Assembly (NCBI GenBank): GCA_039586795.1
Contig: JBDHJS010000017.1
Coordinates: 51,168-115,167 of the forward strand
Direction of reading: 5' to 3'
Length of the DNA: 64,000 nt
From: Gemmatimonadota bacterium
GTDB lineage: Bacteria; Gemmatimonadota; Gemmatimonadetes; Palauibacterales; KS3-K002
Part shown: positions 9,839 to 19,967 of the stretch, piece by piece
How positions within the stretch are numbered: position 1 is the stretch's first letter
Layout of the letters: the number at the start of each line of letters is the position of its first letter
Notes under the pieces: model-generated
Database searches by the model: none
What the model was told of the DNA's origin: nothing
What the model saw: the letters and a program-made list of their open reading frames with translations, nothing else
Made by a program: the position numbers and the translations under genes

Positions 9839-10864
9839 ATGGCCACCGTAGGAACAGACGAGCTCGACCGGCCAGTCGGCGAGACGGCACGCCGCCTTGC
9901 CCTCGCATGGCTTGCCGAGGCGGACGACGCGCTCGATCGCTTGCATGACCCGGTTGACGTAGATGCTCTTCACGATTTCCGCGTAGCGCTTCGCAGATTC
10001 CGCAGCACCCTCAGAGCCTATCGTCCGTACCTGAAGGGAAGTGGTCCAAAGAAGGCGAGCCGCCGGATTCGCGACCTGGCATCAGCAACGAACCCGGGCC
10101 GTGACGCCGAGGTGGCCATCGTTTGGCTCGAGAAGCAGGCGGACGCCATGAGCCAGGACGAACGTCCAGGCTACGATTGGCTGCTGCGCCGTTTAGAAGC
10201 CGAGAAGGTGCGCTGTTACGATGAAGCCCGAAAGCGCATCGCTCGAGATTACCGTGACACGCGGCGCCGGATCGCCCGCCGGCTGTCCGACTTCGAGGCA
10301 AGCTGCGAAGACGCCGTTGGTCCAGACCAAAGGTCTTTTGCTCTGGCAACGGGAGAACTGATCCTTGATCACGCGGATGACCTGAAGGCGCTGCTCGCCA
10401 CTATAAGATCGCCTGCTCACGAAAGCGAAGCGCATGATTCGAGGATCGCGGCAAAACGGCTGCGCTACCTGATCGAGCCGCTGAGACGATCGGTGGACGG
10501 AGTGAAGCCGTTAGTGATACAACTCAAGTCACTCCAGGATGTTCTGGGAGAGCTGCACGATACGCACGTTTTGGCAGCCGAGATCGCCGATTCGATGCCT
10601 GCGGTCGCGGCGGAACGAGCCGGTCGGCGTCACGTGCCCGCTACAGACCCCGTGGGCTCGACCACCGCAGAGGGCGTTGTCGATGGGGCGGTCGGCTTGC
10701 TCGCCCTAGCGCAACGGTTGCAGCAACGACAACGGGCGCTACACGAAGATTTCACTTCGAACTGGTTGGCTGAGGAATCTGTGTCTTTCTTCCGCGGCCT
10801 TACGACACTTGAAAGACGGCTACGCCAGAGGGGTGAGTACGACCCCGCGCGCACTATCCGGTAG
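9839..10864 (+). CDS. CHAD domain (polyphosphate-binding) protein
   Basis: LHDFRVALRRFRS, RDAEV, HDSRIAAKRLRY, LQDVLGELHD motifs. Confidence 0.9.
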   Translation: MATVGTDELDRPVGETARRLALAWLAEADDALDRLHDPVDVDALHDFRVALRRFRSTLRAYRPYLKGSGPKKASRRIRDLASATNPGRDAEVAIVWLEKQADAMSQDERPGYDWLLRRLEAEKVRCYDEARKRIARDYRDTRRRIARRLSDFEASCEDAVGPDQRSFALATGELILDHADDLKALLATIRSPAHESEAHDSRIAAKRLRYLIEPLRRSVDGVKPLVIQLKSLQDVLGELHDTHVLAAEIADSMPAVAAERAGRRHVPATDPVGSTTAEGVVDGAVGLLALAQRLQQRQRALHEDFTSNWLAEESVSFFRGLTTLERRLRQRGEYDPARTIR

Positions 10865-12967
10865 CCTGCTCGCCGAGTTGCGGGCGAGTTCGTGAAACAA
10901 CATTTGAGAGCGTACGGCCGACTCCCCGGCCTCGGGACTCACGCGCTCGTACGTGCCGTCGCTCAACAAGCGCCGAGTTTTTACGTTGTCGGCGAGACAG
11001 ACCGGGAGCAGTTCGCTTGCGATGCGTGACTTGAGCCGCGGGTCGTCGACCGGGAAGACCAACTCGATACGCCTGTAGAAGTTGCGAGGCATCCAGTCCG
11101 CGCTTCCCAAGAGGATCTCCGGGTCGCCCCCATTCTCGAAATAGAAGATGCGGCTGTGCTCGAGGAACTTGTCGACGACGCTGGTGACACGGATGGTCTC
11201 CGACACCCCGCGGAGACCAGGGCGCAGGCAGCATATCCCGCGCACCAGCAGGTCTATCTGCACGCCGGCGTGTGAGGCGTCGTACAGAGCGTCGATAAGC
11301 GACGGTTCAACGAGGGCGTTCATCTTCGCGACGATCCGCGCCGGTCGGCCTTGCTCCGCGTTGCGACGTTCGCCTTCGATCATCTCGATGAGTCTCTCTC
11401 GCAGGCCCCTTGGCGCGACGAGAAGCTTCTTCCACCTATGCCCTTGCGAGTATCCCGTCAGCAGATTGAACAGCTCGCTCGCGTCTTCGCCCACGTCCGG
11501 GTCTGCGGTGAACAACCCGATATCGGTATAGATCCGCGCCGTCGTTGGATTGTAGTTACCGGTAGCCTGGTGCACGTAGCGCCGGATTCCGTCTGCTTCG
11601 CGTCTCACCACCAGAGCCAGCTTGCAATGCGTCTTGACGCCGACGACTCCGTACACGACGTGCACACCGGCCTGCTCTAGCGATCGCGCCCAGGCAATGT
11701 TGTTCGCTTCATCGAAACGCGCCTTCAATTCAACCAGCGCTGTGACCTGTTTGCCATTGTTGGCGGCGCGAGTCAGCGCATCGAGTATCGGGCTGGATAC
11801 GCTGGTGCGATACAGCGTCTGCTTGATGGCCAGAACGTCGGGATCTTCCGCCGCGGCCTCGATAAAGTCCACTACGGCGTTGAACGATTCGTAGGGGTGG
11901 TGGACGAGGATATCTCCCTTCCGAATCGAATCGAATAGATCCTTCCCTTGTGCCAGCGCCGGTGCCGTCCTTGGTACGAGGTGTTCGTACTTCAGATGAC
12001 GATGACCATCGTTCAAGTATAGGGAACTCAAGCCGGTCAGATCGACAGGTCCATCCACGACGTAGATGTCGCGAGGCTCCAGCTCGAGGGCCTCGCCCAA
12101 CAGCTGCATGAACTTGTCATCTGCCCCGGCGCCGATCTCAAGGCGCACAGCTTCCCGGCGTCGACGTTCACGAAGCGATTCCTCAATCGCATTCAGCAGG
12201 TCTTCGACCTCATCCTCATCGATCGTCAGGTCGGTGTTGCGTGTGACTCGAAACACCGTCTGCGCGGCGATTCGGAAACCGCCGAACAGATCTCCGGCGT
12301 GTGCGGCAATCAGGTCCTCGAGCAGGATGAACCGCTGGTTCCCATTCTCTTCCGGCAATTGCACTGTCCGCTCCACGACCGATGGTACCTGTACGACGCC
12401 GAACAGTTGCTTGAAGGCTCCGGAATCGATGCTCTCGAGCAGCATGGCGATGTTGATGCTCTTGTTGTGGACGTGCGGGAACGGGTGCCCTGGATCGATG
12501 GCCAGCGGTGTCAGGATGGGGTAGATGCGATCCGCGAAATACTTCTCGACATGCTCGCGCTCGGCATCCGACAACTCGCTGTAATCGACGCATTCAATTC
12601 TGTGCGCTGCCATCGCCGGCATGACTTCATCGCGGAGCACGCGGTACTGATCGGAAACTAGCGAGTGGGTCCGTTTGTCGATCCGATCCAGTACAGTATA
12701 CGGGTCAAGTCCATCGGCCGCGTAGTCCTGCGGCTCCACCCCGGCGCGCAGTTGCTCTTTGAGGCCCGCAACACGGACCTCGAAGAACTCGTCCAGGTTC
12801 GAGGAGAATATCGAGAGGAATTTCAGGCGTTCGAGCAGCGGAGTCGTCGGATCAGACGCCTCTTCCAACACGCGCGCATTGAACTCGAGCCAACTCAGCT
12901 CGCGATTGATGTAATACTCCGACGGATACCGCGACTTGGGCCGGTACCGCTTCTTTACCTTGAACAC
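10820..12967 (-). CDS. ppk1: Polyphosphate kinase 1
   Basis: NRELSWLEFNARVL, SNLDEFFEVRVAGL, HHPYESF, ELKARFDE, KTHCK, TGNYN, FLEHSR, SADWMPRN. Confidence 0.97.
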   Translation of the reverse strand: MFKVKKRYRPKSRYPSEYYINRELSWLEFNARVLEEASDPTTPLLERLKFLSIFSSNLDEFFEVRVAGLKEQLRAGVEPQDYAADGLDPYTVLDRIDKRTHSLVSDQYRVLRDEVMPAMAAHRIECVDYSELSDAEREHVEKYFADRIYPILTPLAIDPGHPFPHVHNKSINIAMLLESIDSGAFKQLFGVVQVPSVVERTVQLPEENGNQRFILLEDLIAAHAGDLFGGFRIAAQTVFRVTRNTDLTIDEDEVEDLLNAIEESLRERRRREAVRLEIGAGADDKFMQLLGEALELEPRDIYVVDGPVDLTGLSSLYLNDGHRHLKYEHLVPRTAPALAQGKDLFDSIRKGDILVHHPYESFNAVVDFIEAAAEDPDVLAIKQTLYRTSVSSPILDALTRAANNGKQVTALVELKARFDEANNIAWARSLEQAGVHVVYGVVGVKTHCKLALVVRREADGIRRYVHQATGNYNPTTARIYTDIGLFTADPDVGEDASELFNLLTGYSQGHRWKKLLVAPRGLRERLIEMIEGERRNAEQGRPARIVAKMNALVEPSLIDALYDASHAGVQIDLLVRGICCLRPGLRGVSETIRVTSVVDKFLEHSRIFYFENGGDPEILLGSADWMPRNFYRRIELVFPVDDPRLKSRIASELLPVCLADNVKTRRLLSDGTYERVSPEAGESAVRSQMLFHELARNSASRLPDSARGVVLTPLA

Positions 12968-13633
12968 GCCTGCTCAACTCCTCACCGAAAAAGCGCCGCT
13001 GGCACCTTCACCACGAGGGACCAGTGGCGGTACCCGTCTTCCAGGCACCGGCTTTCCTCCGCTACCACCCAACCAACCTGTTTTGATAGAGACCGGCCAA
13101 GCCGGGTCTGGTCTCCTGAAGAAACGTTCGTCGAGGGCCCTCGTTCCCAGCTGGGGCCCTGTTGGTGCGGGTCCTCCTGCGGACCTGGCATGTGATAACT
13201 CATGAATCGTTATGCCCGGCGACCTCGACCGCAAGACCATGCAGCGTGATGAGCGTGATCGGGTTCTGTAAGTTATATTATCACAACAACATAGGGTTGC
13301 GGATTTGTCATGGCGGTTTCATGTCCGGGCCGCACCGTCGCCAATCGGGAGGGCCGACGTAGCCAAGATCCGTTCCGACGCAGGATGAATAAACGGATCG
13401 CTCCGCGTGTAGTCTCAGCGGGTGCGGTGGTCAGAAGGCAAGGCACAACGGATGGCCTCTGACGTGCCCGCGGGAGACAGCACTAGGCGTATCGGCATAA
13501 GCGCCATATATTTAGGTGCCGTGGCGGTCGCCGCCCACTGCTCTTCCGGCCGCCGTACCCAAAGAAGCCCTTTCCCCCATGTTCGATTCCCGCCCTTAGG
13601 CGAATAGCACAACGCCACAAGCGAGGTTTTGAC

Positions 13634-14773
13634 ATGTCTGAGTTTCTTAGCGTCATAGAGTGGTTCGATCAGACGGGCCAGGAGATCGTCCATCGTATCC
13701 CCCAGGACGGTTCGGCGGACACGAAGTTCGGCTCGCAGGTGATCGTGCGTGAGAACCAGGCGGCGATCTTCTTCCGTGATGGTAAGGGACTGGATGTGCT
13801 CGGGCCGGGCCGGCACACGCTGAGCACGGCGAACATCCCGATCCTCACCAAAGTTCTCGCATTGCCCTGGGGATTCACGTCGCCGTTCCGCGTCGAGGTC
13901 GTGTTCGTGAACATGAAGCTGTTCCCCGACCTCAAGTGGGGGACGGCGCAGCCGGTCGCCTATCGGGATGAAGAGCTGGGCCTGGTGCGTTTGCGCGCGT
14001 TCGGCAACTACGCGATTCAGATCCGCGAGCCGCTGGTCTTCGTGAACGTGTTGGCGGGAACGATGGGATCGTTCGTGACCGGCGATATCAAAGACTACTT
14101 GCGCGACCTGATCATCAGCCGACTGAACGACTATCTCGGCGAGAAGGTCCGCACGATCTTCGATCTGCCCAAGCAATACGACGAGATGGGCCAGGAAGTG
14201 CACGACCGGCTGGGCCACGATTTCCAGCGCTACGGAATCAACCTCGCCGACTTCTTCATCACGTCGATCACGCCTCCCGAAGAGGTGGAGAAAGCGATCG
14301 ATGAGCGGGCGCAGATCGCAGCGCTTGGCGACCTGGACAAGTTCCTGAAGATGAAGGCCGCCCGCGCGCTGGAAGGCGCGGGAGGCAGCGGGGGCACGGC
14401 CGGCGATATGGTCGGATTGGGAGCTGGCGCCGGCATGGGTGCGGGTATCGGCGCCATGCTGCCCGGCATGATCTTCGAATCGATGAAGGGCCGCCCCGAC
14501 GCGCCGAGCGGCGGAGCCGCCGAGGCGATCGCTTGCCCGGCCTGCCATACGGCCGTCGATCCAGGCGCCCGATTCTGTCCCCACTGTGGCGAGTCGTTGG
14601 TAGCGGGCGACCGCTGCGAGAGCTGCGAAGCGCCCCTCGCCCCGGACGCGAAGTTCTGCGCCCGCTGCGGCGAACCCGTCGGCGTCACGGAGCGGGCGTG
14701 CCCGAACTGTCAGGCGAAGCTCACCGCGGGCGCGCGTTTCTGCATGGAGTGCGGCGAACGGGTGACGGAATAG
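13634..14773 (+). CDS. SPFH/band-7 domain protein (YdjI-like) with three C-terminal zinc ribbons
   Basis: GSQVIVRENQAAIFFRDG, GPGRHTL, KWGT, LRAFGNY; Gly-rich linker; six CxxC (CPACH/CPHCG, CESCE/CARCG, CPNCQ/CMECG). Confidence 0.88.
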   Translation: MSEFLSVIEWFDQTGQEIVHRIPQDGSADTKFGSQVIVRENQAAIFFRDGKGLDVLGPGRHTLSTANIPILTKVLALPWGFTSPFRVEVVFVNMKLFPDLKWGTAQPVAYRDEELGLVRLRAFGNYAIQIREPLVFVNVLAGTMGSFVTGDIKDYLRDLIISRLNDYLGEKVRTIFDLPKQYDEMGQEVHDRLGHDFQRYGINLADFFITSITPPEEVEKAIDERAQIAALGDLDKFLKMKAARALEGAGGSGGTAGDMVGLGAGAGMGAGIGAMLPGMIFESMKGRPDAPSGGAAEAIACPACHTAVDPGARFCPHCGESLVAGDRCESCEAPLAPDAKFCARCGEPVGVTERACPNCQAKLTAGARFCMECGERVTE

Positions 14774-14797
14774 GCCAACCACAAACGGGATGAAGGT

Positions 14798-15559
14798 GTG
14801 GTACGCGAAGCGCTGAACCCCGCCTGCCCGCAGTGCGGTGGCCCGGTCGAGGTGCCGGAGGGTTTGGCGTACGCTCGCTGTCGCTACTGCAGCTCCGAGT
14901 CGTTCGTCGACCTCAGCGGCGCGATTCTCTACCAGGTACTGCGCCCCAGCGTCAGCCGCTCCAGACTGTCCGGCCTCCTCAAGGCGGCGGCTCTGGAAGC
15001 CGGCTGGTCCGATGCGACTATTCTGCGGCTCGAGTTGTCCTACGAACCGGTCTGGGAAATCGAGTCTCCCGACGGGCGTCGCCTCTGTATCTCGGCGCGT
15101 CCAGGACCGAACGGGCGTTTCGAGCAGGCGCACCTTCCCGGCGGCGAGCGGGGCTTCATCGATCGCGGCGATCGCGACCGGTCGGCCGAATGGGTCGAGC
15201 CCGAGCTGGCGCCCGAATCGATCGCCGAGGTCGCCGCGCGAGCGACGGGCCGTCCCGTAGCCATCAAGACGATCCGGCTAATCCACCATCCCGTATACCG
15301 CGGCAAGGTCAAGATCGGAGATGAGGCTCACGACTTCTCCCTCGACGCCGTCACCGGCGAAGTTCGCGATGTAGAGTGGCCGGTCGAACCGAGCTTTCGT
15401 TTCCGCAACCAGGCCTGGCTCGCCACGGCGATCATGATCATGGCAGCCGCGCTCCTGCCCTTGAAGTGGGCGGCGCTAGCGGTGGTCGTGGTTGGCGGCT
15501 ACACCGTTTGGGAGCACACCCGACAGAGCAAGACGCCGGAAAAGGCGGGCGCATCGTGA
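14798..15559 (+). CDS. Zn-ribbon membrane protein (YdjG-like)
   Basis: N-terminal CPQCG...CRYCS; YEPVW and HHPVY motifs; DAVTGEV; C-terminal TM hairpin. Confidence 0.75.
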   Translation: MVREALNPACPQCGGPVEVPEGLAYARCRYCSSESFVDLSGAILYQVLRPSVSRSRLSGLLKAAALEAGWSDATILRLELSYEPVWEIESPDGRRLCISARPGPNGRFEQAHLPGGERGFIDRGDRDRSAEWVEPELAPESIAEVAARATGRPVAIKTIRLIHHPVYRGKVKIGDEAHDFSLDAVTGEVRDVEWPVEPSFRFRNQAWLATAIMIMAAALLPLKWAALAVVVVGGYTVWEHTRQSKTPEKAGAS

Positions 15560-16524
15560 ACGAGCTCAAGCTGCATGCACTGACTTGCCCGCAATGCGGC
15601 GCCCCCGGCGTCGTCCGAGAGGGTACGCGGATCACCAAGTGCGAGCGCTGCGGCGCGCTGCTCTGTCTGAGCGAGGTGTCCACCCCCCGCTACGAAGCGC
15701 TGGCCAACATGACGGCGGCCCAAGCGGCACATTCGGCGCGGGTCTGGTTGGATCAGCAGCGTCGCGTCGGCATGTTCGGGCGCCCGGAGCTCGTGCTGAT
15801 CCCCTTCCACGAGGTCTCCGGCCGACGCGTCGGCGTCTTCGAGCGCCGGGTGCCGGAGCGCATTCGCGTGCACCGCAGAGTCTACGACCCGCAAAGTGGC
15901 GGCACAAAGATCGAAAGTGATTTCACCTACAAGGAAAAAGAAGACACGAAGGTGATGGTCTCGGACGTCCAGCAGATGACGCCCGCCGCGCGCACGCCAT
16001 GGGATCTCAAGATGTTCGATCCGCGCGCCGCCCGAAGCGTGGCGCGTCTCGGCGCCTTCGACCTCGTGGAAGCTCAGCGCCGTTCGACCGTCTACGCAGC
16101 CGAACAATCCGCCTCCGCCGTCGCCGAGCGAAGGTTTGGCGAGAAAGAGGGAACGGAACTGGTCGCCGCTTCACGACGCACGATCTACTTCCCCTTCTGG
16201 TCGATTCCAGTCGAGACGGGTGAAGGCAGCTACGAAGTCGTGTTGGAAGCGATCACCGGCAAGATTATCGCCTGGCGAATGCCGCAACCGTATCCGTCGG
16301 GAAGCCTCAAATGGGCAGCGCTGGCCGTTCCGGGAGCGCTGATCCTGGGGCACGGACTCAATGGCCTGTTCTTCGGGGGCTCGGTGATCGATCCCATGCT
16401 GGCCGCCGGTATCGGTCTCGCGGCGACGTTCGTCGCGCTACTCCAGGCGCGCCATCCCGACTGGGCGCTCCGCTCATGGCCGGGGCCCGAAACGATACCA
16501 AGGCTGGAGCGCGATAGTGCGTAA
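15556..16524 (+). CDS. Zn-ribbon membrane protein (YdjG-like paralog)
   Basis: GTGA overlap with the upstream stop; CPQCG...CERCG; LIPFH, YFPFW, EAITGKI; two C-terminal TMs. Confidence 0.75.
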   Translation: MNELKLHALTCPQCGAPGVVREGTRITKCERCGALLCLSEVSTPRYEALANMTAAQAAHSARVWLDQQRRVGMFGRPELVLIPFHEVSGRRVGVFERRVPERIRVHRRVYDPQSGGTKIESDFTYKEKEDTKVMVSDVQQMTPAARTPWDLKMFDPRAARSVARLGAFDLVEAQRRSTVYAAEQSASAVAERRFGEKEGTELVAASRRTIYFPFWSIPVETGEGSYEVVLEAITGKIIAWRMPQPYPSGSLKWAALAVPGALILGHGLNGLFFGGSVIDPMLAAGIGLAATFVALLQARHPDWALRSWPGPETIPRLERDSA

Positions 16525-17179
16525 CGTGAGCCAGCCCCGGGTGATCGCGCTGCGTTGCCAGGCTTGCCGGGCCGAACTGCCCGCAACGCCCAACGACGTG
16601 GCGTTCCGCTGCCCACAATGCGGGCGCGCTTGGGAGATCGTTGCCGGCTCCCTGGAAGAGCGGCCGTCCATCTTCGTCGCGGCCCCCAGTGGCGCGAAGC
16701 ACTCGCTCTTCTACCTGCCGTACTGGAGCTTCACGGTCTCCGTGACCGCCGAGCCGCGCAAACGCGAAGAGAAGACGCTGACCGCGCGCGACCGTGCCGC
16801 GAAGTTCGAGCGCGCCTGGGTCTCCGCCTTCTCGATCAACCGCCCGACCTACGTAGGAGAGTTCGGTCTGGTGTACACGCGCGTTCCGCCAAAGTGGGAG
16901 ACACGAACTGGCCACGGGCCGGAAGCGCCAGGTGCAACGATCCCCGCCGCCGACTCGAAGAAGATCGCCCGGCACTATGTCCTTGCCGAGATCGATCGTG
17001 CGGCCGACATCGGAGAACTCGACATCAAGATGGAGATAGGCGACGCGGAGCTGTGGGCGATCCCCTGCTACGATATCGGCGAGCAGCTACGCTGCCCCTG
17101 GACGCGGGGCGAGTTGATGACCGGTGCCCTCGACGACTTCTCCGAGATCCGCCGTGGTAGAAACCGCCTCGAAGCCTGA
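16517..17179 (+). CDS. Zn-ribbon soluble protein (third paralog)
   Basis: Overlaps the upstream stop; CQACR...CPQCG; YLPYW, AIPCY; no TM. Confidence 0.7.
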   Translation: MRNVSQPRVIALRCQACRAELPATPNDVAFRCPQCGRAWEIVAGSLEERPSIFVAAPSGAKHSLFYLPYWSFTVSVTAEPRKREEKTLTARDRAAKFERAWVSAFSINRPTYVGEFGLVYTRVPPKWETRTGHGPEAPGATIPAADSKKIARHYVLAEIDRAADIGELDIKMEIGDAELWAIPCYDIGEQLRCPWTRGELMTGALDDFSEIRRGRNRLEA

Positions 17180-17185
17180 AGTCCG

Positions 17186-19963
17186 CTAGAACCGCCGACC
17201 GCCGCTGCTTCGCGGGTACATTGCCGACAAAACGCGATTCCGTTCGCGATCCGAGCTTATGCTATCGGTTACGCGCATGAAGTCGGCCTGCAGATCCTCA
17301 CTCAACGTGTACTTCCCAGCGATCTCCACGAGCAGCGACGACAGCTGACGATCCGAATCGATGGTCCTCGATGAGCTTAGAACGGCGGCCATGGTCGCGT
17401 CGCTCGCCGTTCCGTCATCGATGACGGCTGAGAGCACGTCGCTCTTCTGCGTGTCAGAATCCAGCGCGTCGCAGGCTCGGAAGAACGACTCGCGTGTCAT
17501 GTCGGTTATTCCATAGATGCGAACGAACTCGGTGAGCAACGACTTCAGCTGGTGATCGGACTCGATGTTGGCCGCCGCGTCCAACAGCTGATTCTGAGTC
17601 GCAGGGCTCAAGGCGCCAGACTTCATCACCGCTAACAGCACTTGCTGAAGCTGGTGGTTCGAGCTGATCGTGCCCGCGGTCTCGACGTAGGCCGTAGCCA
17701 CGCTGCCCTCGATCGGATAGCGCTCGGCGACACCGGTAAGAACACGCGCCGTCTGGTGATCCGACTCGATGCCGCTGGACGCGACCACCACCGAACTGAC
17801 CAGGTCGTCGCTAAGCTGCTGGTTGTCGAGGAGGGCGACAAGCACGGCCCCCGTCTGATGATCCGATTCGATCGAGCTTGCCGCATCGATGTACGCCGCC
17901 ATCACCGTCTCGTCGAGCGTCCGGTTCTCACCGACCGAAATCAGCAAGCGGCTGAGGTTATGATCGGATTCGATATCTCGGCCCGCCTGGCGCAGAGCGG
18001 CGGCGAGTTCATCCGAGTCAAGGTCGCCTTTGGCGAGAAGCACTGTGTAGTACTTTTGGGCGGTCCAGTCGGATGGGATGTAGGAGATCTCCTGCAACAG
18101 CGCGTCTGTGCCGTCGCGCGCCAGAATACGCTCGGCCCGTTCCGTGGCCTGGTAGCCAACTCGGCGGAACAGGACGAGAATCATGTCGGCCTGCCAGGCG
18201 CGGGCATCGGCGTCGAAGTCGCTTTCGTCGCCATCCATCCACCAGCGTCGCTCCAGTGACCCATCTCGGTCGGTTTCCAATCGCAGCTTGCGTGCGCGCC
18301 GGCCTCGCTTCTCTTCGATTTCCAGTCTGCCGCCGCGGGTGAGTGAGACGATATCCGTTTCGTCGGCGTTGAAGGTGAGCTCGCCGTCCAAGGTGACGGA
18401 AAGCTCGCAGTCATCGCGACTCATCTTGACGCGCCATTCCTCATTGTTGACGTTCGTCGACGAGGACATGTTGCCGGTGGCGTACCAGTCGCAAAGCGCC
18501 GCTGTGGACTGCCCACCATAAAACCCGGAACGAACGACCGTTTCCGGACCGACACGCGGCGTCGCTAGGGAGGGGCGCTCCACTCCGACGGAAGGCCACG
18601 TTTCACCAGATGACGGCAAGCCGGCGACGGAGGAGGGAATGCGTAGCTCGCCGGGAGCCTCAGGGATGTTATCCACAGGTCCCACTTCAGATCGGCTGTC
18701 GCTCGAACGCCACTCGACGGCTCCTGCCACAGCCGTCGCGGACGTTTCGCCGCTCTCATCTGGCGCCGCGGCAATCTCCGCCCGGCTGGGCGTCGCGGCG
18801 GCGATCGGCAGCGTGATGAGCAGCGCCGCAGCGCAGACGGCAAGTGCGCCTCGCGGTGTGACGGTCCGGCGTTCACGCCCCTCTTCGAGAACGGCGCGCA
18901 GCCTCTCACCCAGTTGCGATGGCCGGGCCATCGCGACGGTGGCCATCGCTGCGAGTGGTTCGGCCTTGAGCGATCTTGCCACGTCGAGCAGGTGACCGGC
19001 GTAATCGGACGCCCGTGAGCCCAGCAGCAGCACTTGATCGTCGCACGCCATCTCGCGCTCCACACGCAACCGCCGCGCCGCCAGCCATGCCAGCGGGTTG
19101 AACCAGTGCAGGGCGCAGACGAGCCGTGCCATGAGTTGCGTTGCGTAATCGTTCCGCTTGATGTGCGCGAGCTCATGCAGAAGAACCGAACGGCGTCGTT
19201 CCTCCGGCCACTCCTCCGCATCAGCGGGCACCAAGATCACCGCGTTAAAGAAGCCCCAGGTCATCGGCACGCACCGCCCGCGACACTGCAGCAACGTCAC
19301 GTGCCGGTTGAGCCCGGCGCGGAGCCATAGCTCATCGAGTTCGTCAACGAGAGATCCGGTCGTGAGGCGGACCGCATTCCGACGCATCAGCCACGTTCGC
19401 GCGAGACCCAGTAGGATTGCGCCTAGCGTGATCAGCGTCCCGGTCATCCAGGCAGCGACCATCCAGGTCGCCCACGAAACGTCGGCCGCTCGCCATACGG
19501 TTTCGGGTCCAGCGTACGCCGTACCTGCACCCACCACTTCTGCCTCGCTCCAAGCAACGCCCGAGCTGACGACTGGCGCTTCGCTAACGACCCCTACCGG
19601 GTCCGGCTCGACCACGGAGGAACCAACGTTGATCGACATCTCTCCGCCCGACCATACCACAGGGTCCGCCGCTTCCATGACCGGAAGTCCAACCAGCTCC
19701 GGCTGATGTTCTCTCGGTTCGACCTGCAGGGTAAACGGCAGGTCCCAGCGCGGGACCAATGCCGTCAACGCCGGCACCAGCAGCACGGCTCCGATGGCCA
19801 CGCTCCAGACCAGATGTCGGGTGGACGCGGACGCCGATCGCAGCACGGCGTTTACCGCGAGGGCGAGGACAAGGATGACAGTCGCCTTCGCAGCGGCAAT
19901 CACGATCAGACCGACAGCTCCGTTGGCATCGATGTAAGCCTGCACGAATTCTACCATCGACAT
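17186..19963 (-). CDS. BlaR1/MecR1-like M56 metallopeptidase with C-terminal helical-repeat domain
   Basis: N-terminal TMs, PMTWG, LLHELAHIKR, HWFNPLAW, EMACDD; about nine ~35-aa repeats (IxSDHQxxxxL). Confidence 0.9.
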   Translation of the reverse strand: MSMVEFVQAYIDANGAVGLIVIAAAKATVILVLALAVNAVLRSASASTRHLVWSVAIGAVLLVPALTALVPRWDLPFTLQVEPREHQPELVGLPVMEAADPVVWSGGEMSINVGSSVVEPDPVGVVSEAPVVSSGVAWSEAEVVGAGTAYAGPETVWRAADVSWATWMVAAWMTGTLITLGAILLGLARTWLMRRNAVRLTTGSLVDELDELWLRAGLNRHVTLLQCRGRCVPMTWGFFNAVILVPADAEEWPEERRRSVLLHELAHIKRNDYATQLMARLVCALHWFNPLAWLAARRLRVEREMACDDQVLLLGSRASDYAGHLLDVARSLKAEPLAAMATVAMARPSQLGERLRAVLEEGRERRTVTPRGALAVCAAALLITLPIAAATPSRAEIAAAPDESGETSATAVAGAVEWRSSDSRSEVGPVDNIPEAPGELRIPSSVAGLPSSGETWPSVGVERPSLATPRVGPETVVRSGFYGGQSTAALCDWYATGNMSSSTNVNNEEWRVKMSRDDCELSVTLDGELTFNADETDIVSLTRGGRLEIEEKRGRRARKLRLETDRDGSLERRWWMDGDESDFDADARAWQADMILVLFRRVGYQATERAERILARDGTDALLQEISYIPSDWTAQKYYTVLLAKGDLDSDELAAALRQAGRDIESDHNLSRLLISVGENRTLDETVMAAYIDAASSIESDHQTGAVLVALLDNQQLSDDLVSSVVVASSGIESDHQTARVLTGVAERYPIEGSVATAYVETAGTISSNHQLQQVLLAVMKSGALSPATQNQLLDAAANIESDHQLKSLLTEFVRIYGITDMTRESFFRACDALDSDTQKSDVLSAVIDDGTASDATMAAVLSSSRTIDSDRQLSSLLVEIAGKYTLSEDLQADFMRVTDSISSDRERNRVLSAMYPRSSGGRRF

Positions 19964-19967
19964 ATCG

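Noticed and set aside
12982..13203. 73-aa ORF immediately upstream of ppk1
   Set aside because: The position is plausible, but there is no clear RBS or recognisable motif; not supportable from sequence alone
13415..15133. 572-aa minus-strand ORF (likewise 4638-6119, 56005-57153, 44792-45712, 22210-23358 and similar)
   Set aside because: Antisense shadows of well-supported genes, expected in GC-rich DNA; no recognisable motifs
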